In this document: positions 61,316 to 64,000 of the stretch, in pieces
Numbering within the stretch: position 1 is the first letter of the stretch
How the letters are laid out: the number at the start of each line of letters is the position of its first letter
From: Rubripirellula sp.
GTDB lineage: Bacteria > Planctomycetota > Planctomycetia > Pirellulales > Pirellulaceae
Reading direction: 5' to 3'
Length of the DNA stretch: 64,000 bases
Assembly: GCA_965216875.1 (NCBI GenBank)
Contig: OZ244207.1
Span: 1,280,001 to 1,344,000 of the forward strand
Notes under the pieces: model-generated
Told to the model about the DNA's origin: nothing
The model's database searches: none
Seen by the model: the letters and a program-made list of their open reading frames with translations, nothing else
Made by a program: the position numbers and the translations under genes

Positions 61316-62593
61316 GTGAACACAAAAAAGATCAACCCCTACGCGCCGCAAGACCATCGTGACGAGTCGGGGCAGCCCAGTGGCGTCGACCACGAAGCAA
61401 GCCTTACGTTGCCCCGATTATCGCTTCGCGTCGACAAGATCACGCGTTCGCTCAATCGCGACGCGGCGGTCGAACTTGCATCGCGTTGTACGCCTGTGCC
61501 CGATCCGACCGGACGCAACATTGGCCAACGTTCGTCGCGTTTGGTATTGGTCACGGCGATCTTTGGAGCTCTGGCTCTTTCGATGTATCTGTTCACTTCC
61601 GATGACGAAGTCGCTCCGACGCAAGGGCCGACAACGGATGTGTTTGGTCAGGCACTCCTGGTGCTAACGGGTGTCGTTGCGCCTTTGGTTGCTGGTGGCT
61701 TGGTCGCTGCGCTCTTTATCGTGCATCGCGACCGAAATCCTGACAGTAAGACGCCGCTTTATGGTGACTTGTGTTTTGATTTGCACCCCGATTGGATCGA
61801 AGTGAAGTGCGAGCTGTTTGAGGGCGCCAGTGAAAAGGTGTTTGTGTCATGGAGTGATCTTGTACCAAGTCATTCGGAGGATGCATGGCTTCTGGCAGCA
61901 CCCGGATTGAGGCCCATCCTTTTGAAGAAGGATTGGTTCGTTGATGCCGATGGATTCGACAGGTTTGTGGGCACACTTGCGCAGTGGCAGAACGATCGAA
62001 TTTTGCTTGAAGCCGAGGGAGAATGGGATAGCAGCGTCGTGCCACGAGTGGCATTTCCGAGCGGGAGTCCGTTTCGCTTGACCGCTGGTGAAGAGATGGT
62101 CTACCGGCTCAAGCAAGCAGACCATTTGAGAGCCATCCTGCCCAAGTACACGACCAATCCGATCGGATTGCTGCGGCCGCGATTTTGGCTTGTTGGATCA
62201 GGAGTGCTTGTTGTGGTTGGGCTGATCTGTCCGATTTACCACAACTTGCAGTTCGGTGGTTACGTCTCGGCCTCCAAATACTTTTCTGTCGCAAGCGGTC
62301 TCATCACCGGAATCATTTGGTTCTCACTTGGCAACAGCATTAAGACCATGCTGGCGATTGAGTTCAAAGGAGTACTCAATCAGCAGGAGTTGTGGACCGA
62401 ACGGTTTGGTAGCAGGATTCGCTACCGCATCGACGAGATGAAGACACGCATCCCGCTCGATGACGGATTCGCGATTGGCGATGCCGAAGGGGAATTCGTG
62501 ATTGCAATCGGCAAGGACGCGTTCGAACAGGACGACGCATTCGACAGCTTGGTCGCCTCGGTTTGCGTGCAAGAGCGGCCGAGCACGAGCTGA
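61316..62593 (+). CDS. Hypothetical membrane protein (NPY motif; two TM-pair plus beta-domain modules, YcxB-like)
   Basis: INPYAP N-terminus and two pairs of TM helices, each followed by a soluble domain. Confidence 0.65.
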   Translation: MNTKKINPYAPQDHRDESGQPSGVDHEASLTLPRLSLRVDKITRSLNRDAAVELASRCTPVPDPTGRNIGQRSSRLVLVTAIFGALALSMYLFTSDDEVAPTQGPTTDVFGQALLVLTGVVAPLVAGGLVAALFIVHRDRNPDSKTPLYGDLCFDLHPDWIEVKCELFEGASEKVFVSWSDLVPSHSEDAWLLAAPGLRPILLKKDWFVDADGFDRFVGTLAQWQNDRILLEAEGEWDSSVVPRVAFPSGSPFRLTAGEEMVYRLKQADHLRAILPKYTTNPIGLLRPRFWLVGSGVLVVVGLICPIYHNLQFGGYVSASKYFSVASGLITGIIWFSLGNSIKTMLAIEFKGVLNQQELWTERFGSRIRYRIDEMKTRIPLDDGFAIGDAEGEFVIAIGKDAFEQDDAFDSLVASVCVQERPSTS

Positions 62594-62604
62594 CCCGGCC
62601 CGCG

Positions 62605-63774
62605 TTATGCGAGGCCACCTGCATACGGATATTGCGGGGCCCCAGAATTAGCAGCAATCAATCCGTCAGCGTGTTTGCGGATTGCGGCGTCCGAGACTGC
62701 GTATCCCCAATTGATCAATTGGTCTTGTCGGCTTTCCGGTAACCGTTTCAATCGTGTCGGCGTATCGGCAATGCGAATCGAATCACGGAACGGGGCATCG
62801 AGTGCTGTCGACAGGGAATAGTTCTCGATGTTCGTGCGAATGCCCCAGTAGGTGCCTCTGCGCGTTTTCGAGATGAAGTCACCAATCAGCTCGCGTTTGC
62901 GAAGCGAACGAACTTGGTTATCGACGATTTCGAGAATGCGTTTGCTGTGTTGGGCCCAATCACCGGCAGGTTCTCCTTCCGGCATCATTTTTCCACCGCC
63001 GTCACTCACCAGGATCGTCTTGAATCGTTTGCAAGTCTCTAGGCCGAGGTTGTCGTACACGCCACCGTCGGTCAACACGAGCGTGTCCGTGTAGGGTTCG
63101 CTTTGTAAATCACATTTGGGATCGCGTTCAAAATCGCTCGGGTCGACATCAATTTCCGCTGGCGAAAGGAACGGTGGGAATGCCGAGGATGCCGCGACCG
63201 CTTCGGCAAGTTGGATTTCGGAGTTCCGGATCATCCCAACGCGAAAATCAGCGACGTAGGGTTTCGAGAAGCGAACCAATGCACCTGATTGCACGCTCGT
63301 TGCGTTGATGACAAAACGAGGGCCTTGATCGTCGGTTGGTAAATCTTGCAACGTTGCATTCGAAAAGAGGATGTCGTTGTAGTGTCCCACGATTCGATCA
63401 CTCACGCTGCCCGGCAGCAGCACGCCGCCCAAGATCGATCCGCGATCAATGGTCTCGCTCGCCATGCGACGAATGGGATCAATCAGCATGGTGTCGAGGT
63501 TGGTGCACGATCCGCTGTCGTCGAATTGCAGGCGGCGCCAATTCATGCCGAGCACTGCAGCCGTGATCGATCCGCCCGACACGCTTGAGATCCGAGCGAG
63601 CTTTGGTAAGAGTCCTAGTTCGTTGATGCGAACGATCGCGCCGACGTGGAACAACATCGCGCGGTAACCGCCACCAGAGAGGCAGAGTGCAATGCCATCT
63701 TCTAAGACCGAGCGAGATTGATCGCCATCGGGGTCCGCTGCTGAGGAGACCGGGTGATTTGGTTGACCAGACAT
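62605..63774 (-). CDS. Patatin-like phospholipase
   Basis: LSGGGYRA, SSVSGGS, ASSAFP and DGGVYDNLG. Confidence 0.9.
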   Translation of the reverse strand: MSGQPNHPVSSAADPDGDQSRSVLEDGIALCLSGGGYRAMLFHVGAIVRINELGLLPKLARISSVSGGSITAAVLGMNWRRLQFDDSGSCTNLDTMLIDPIRRMASETIDRGSILGGVLLPGSVSDRIVGHYNDILFSNATLQDLPTDDQGPRFVINATSVQSGALVRFSKPYVADFRVGMIRNSEIQLAEAVAASSAFPPFLSPAEIDVDPSDFERDPKCDLQSEPYTDTLVLTDGGVYDNLGLETCKRFKTILVSDGGGKMMPEGEPAGDWAQHSKRILEIVDNQVRSLRKRELIGDFISKTRRGTYWGIRTNIENYSLSTALDAPFRDSIRIADTPTRLKRLPESRQDQLINWGYAVSDAAIRKHADGLIAANSGAPQYPYAGGLA

Positions 63775-63867
63775 GGATACCCCATCGCTGTTAAACTGCC
63801 TTGCTAATGATCCTACGTAGGGTTTGATTCTAGCATTCTTGTGAGTTGGTTTTAGGTGGATGTCGCG

Positions 63868-64000
63868 ATGAGTCGTTTGTACAGGTTGTTGTTCACGATT
63901 GTGTTGGGCGTCGCAACGGCACTGCCCTCGATCGCCGAGGAGAATTCGAGTTCGCCCGAAATTGCCGTCAAGCAAGTGAGTGATCAGAACGTTCGGCTTG
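63868..64000 (+). CDS. N-terminus of a secreted protein (3' truncated)
   Basis: MSRLYRLLFTIVLGVATALPSIAEE... signal peptide, open to the window end. Confidence 0.5.
   Translation, partial: MSRLYRLLFTIVLGVATALPSIAEENSSSPEIAVKQVSDQNVRL

Overview
This 64-kb window is GC-rich bacterial chromosome, almost certainly from a planctomycete of the Pirellulaceae type. The signs are a DUF1559 prepilin-like gene, a TIGR03009-type protein, a planctomycete-extracellular SdrD-B protein, a PQQ propeller and NPYxxP membrane proteins. Most of it is housekeeping: tilS, rny, an SNF2 helicase, MoxR, a hybrid sensor kinase, a complete phoR/pstSCAB-phoU-phoB locus with a Pho box, a NatAB-like ABC exporter, hom, skp-lpxC-lpxA-gnnA, a class III cyclase, a dapA-like lyase, yibI/yibH-like genes and a patatin. 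Several families of REP-like palindromes fill the intergenic spaces. The outstanding feature is a minus-strand cluster at about 52.3-58.2 kb. In transcription order it holds a small Gly-terminated ubiquitin-like protein, a ~900-nt non-coding array, a Ro60/TROVE-like vWA protein, a glutamine-amidotransferase-like protein, an unknown protein with a GICLSG Cys motif, and a ThiF/E1-like enzyme. The array has three homologous Y-RNA-like (YrlA-like), circularly permuted tRNA mimics plus two further long hairpins. Two of the mimics rebuild a complete cloverleaf, including an anticodon loop (GUU and CUG). The cluster looks like a Ro60-Y RNA ribonucleoprotein genetically coupled to a ubiquitin-like activation/conjugation module. 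All protein calls come from motif recognition by eye and all RNA structures from manual pairing; no database searches were run.
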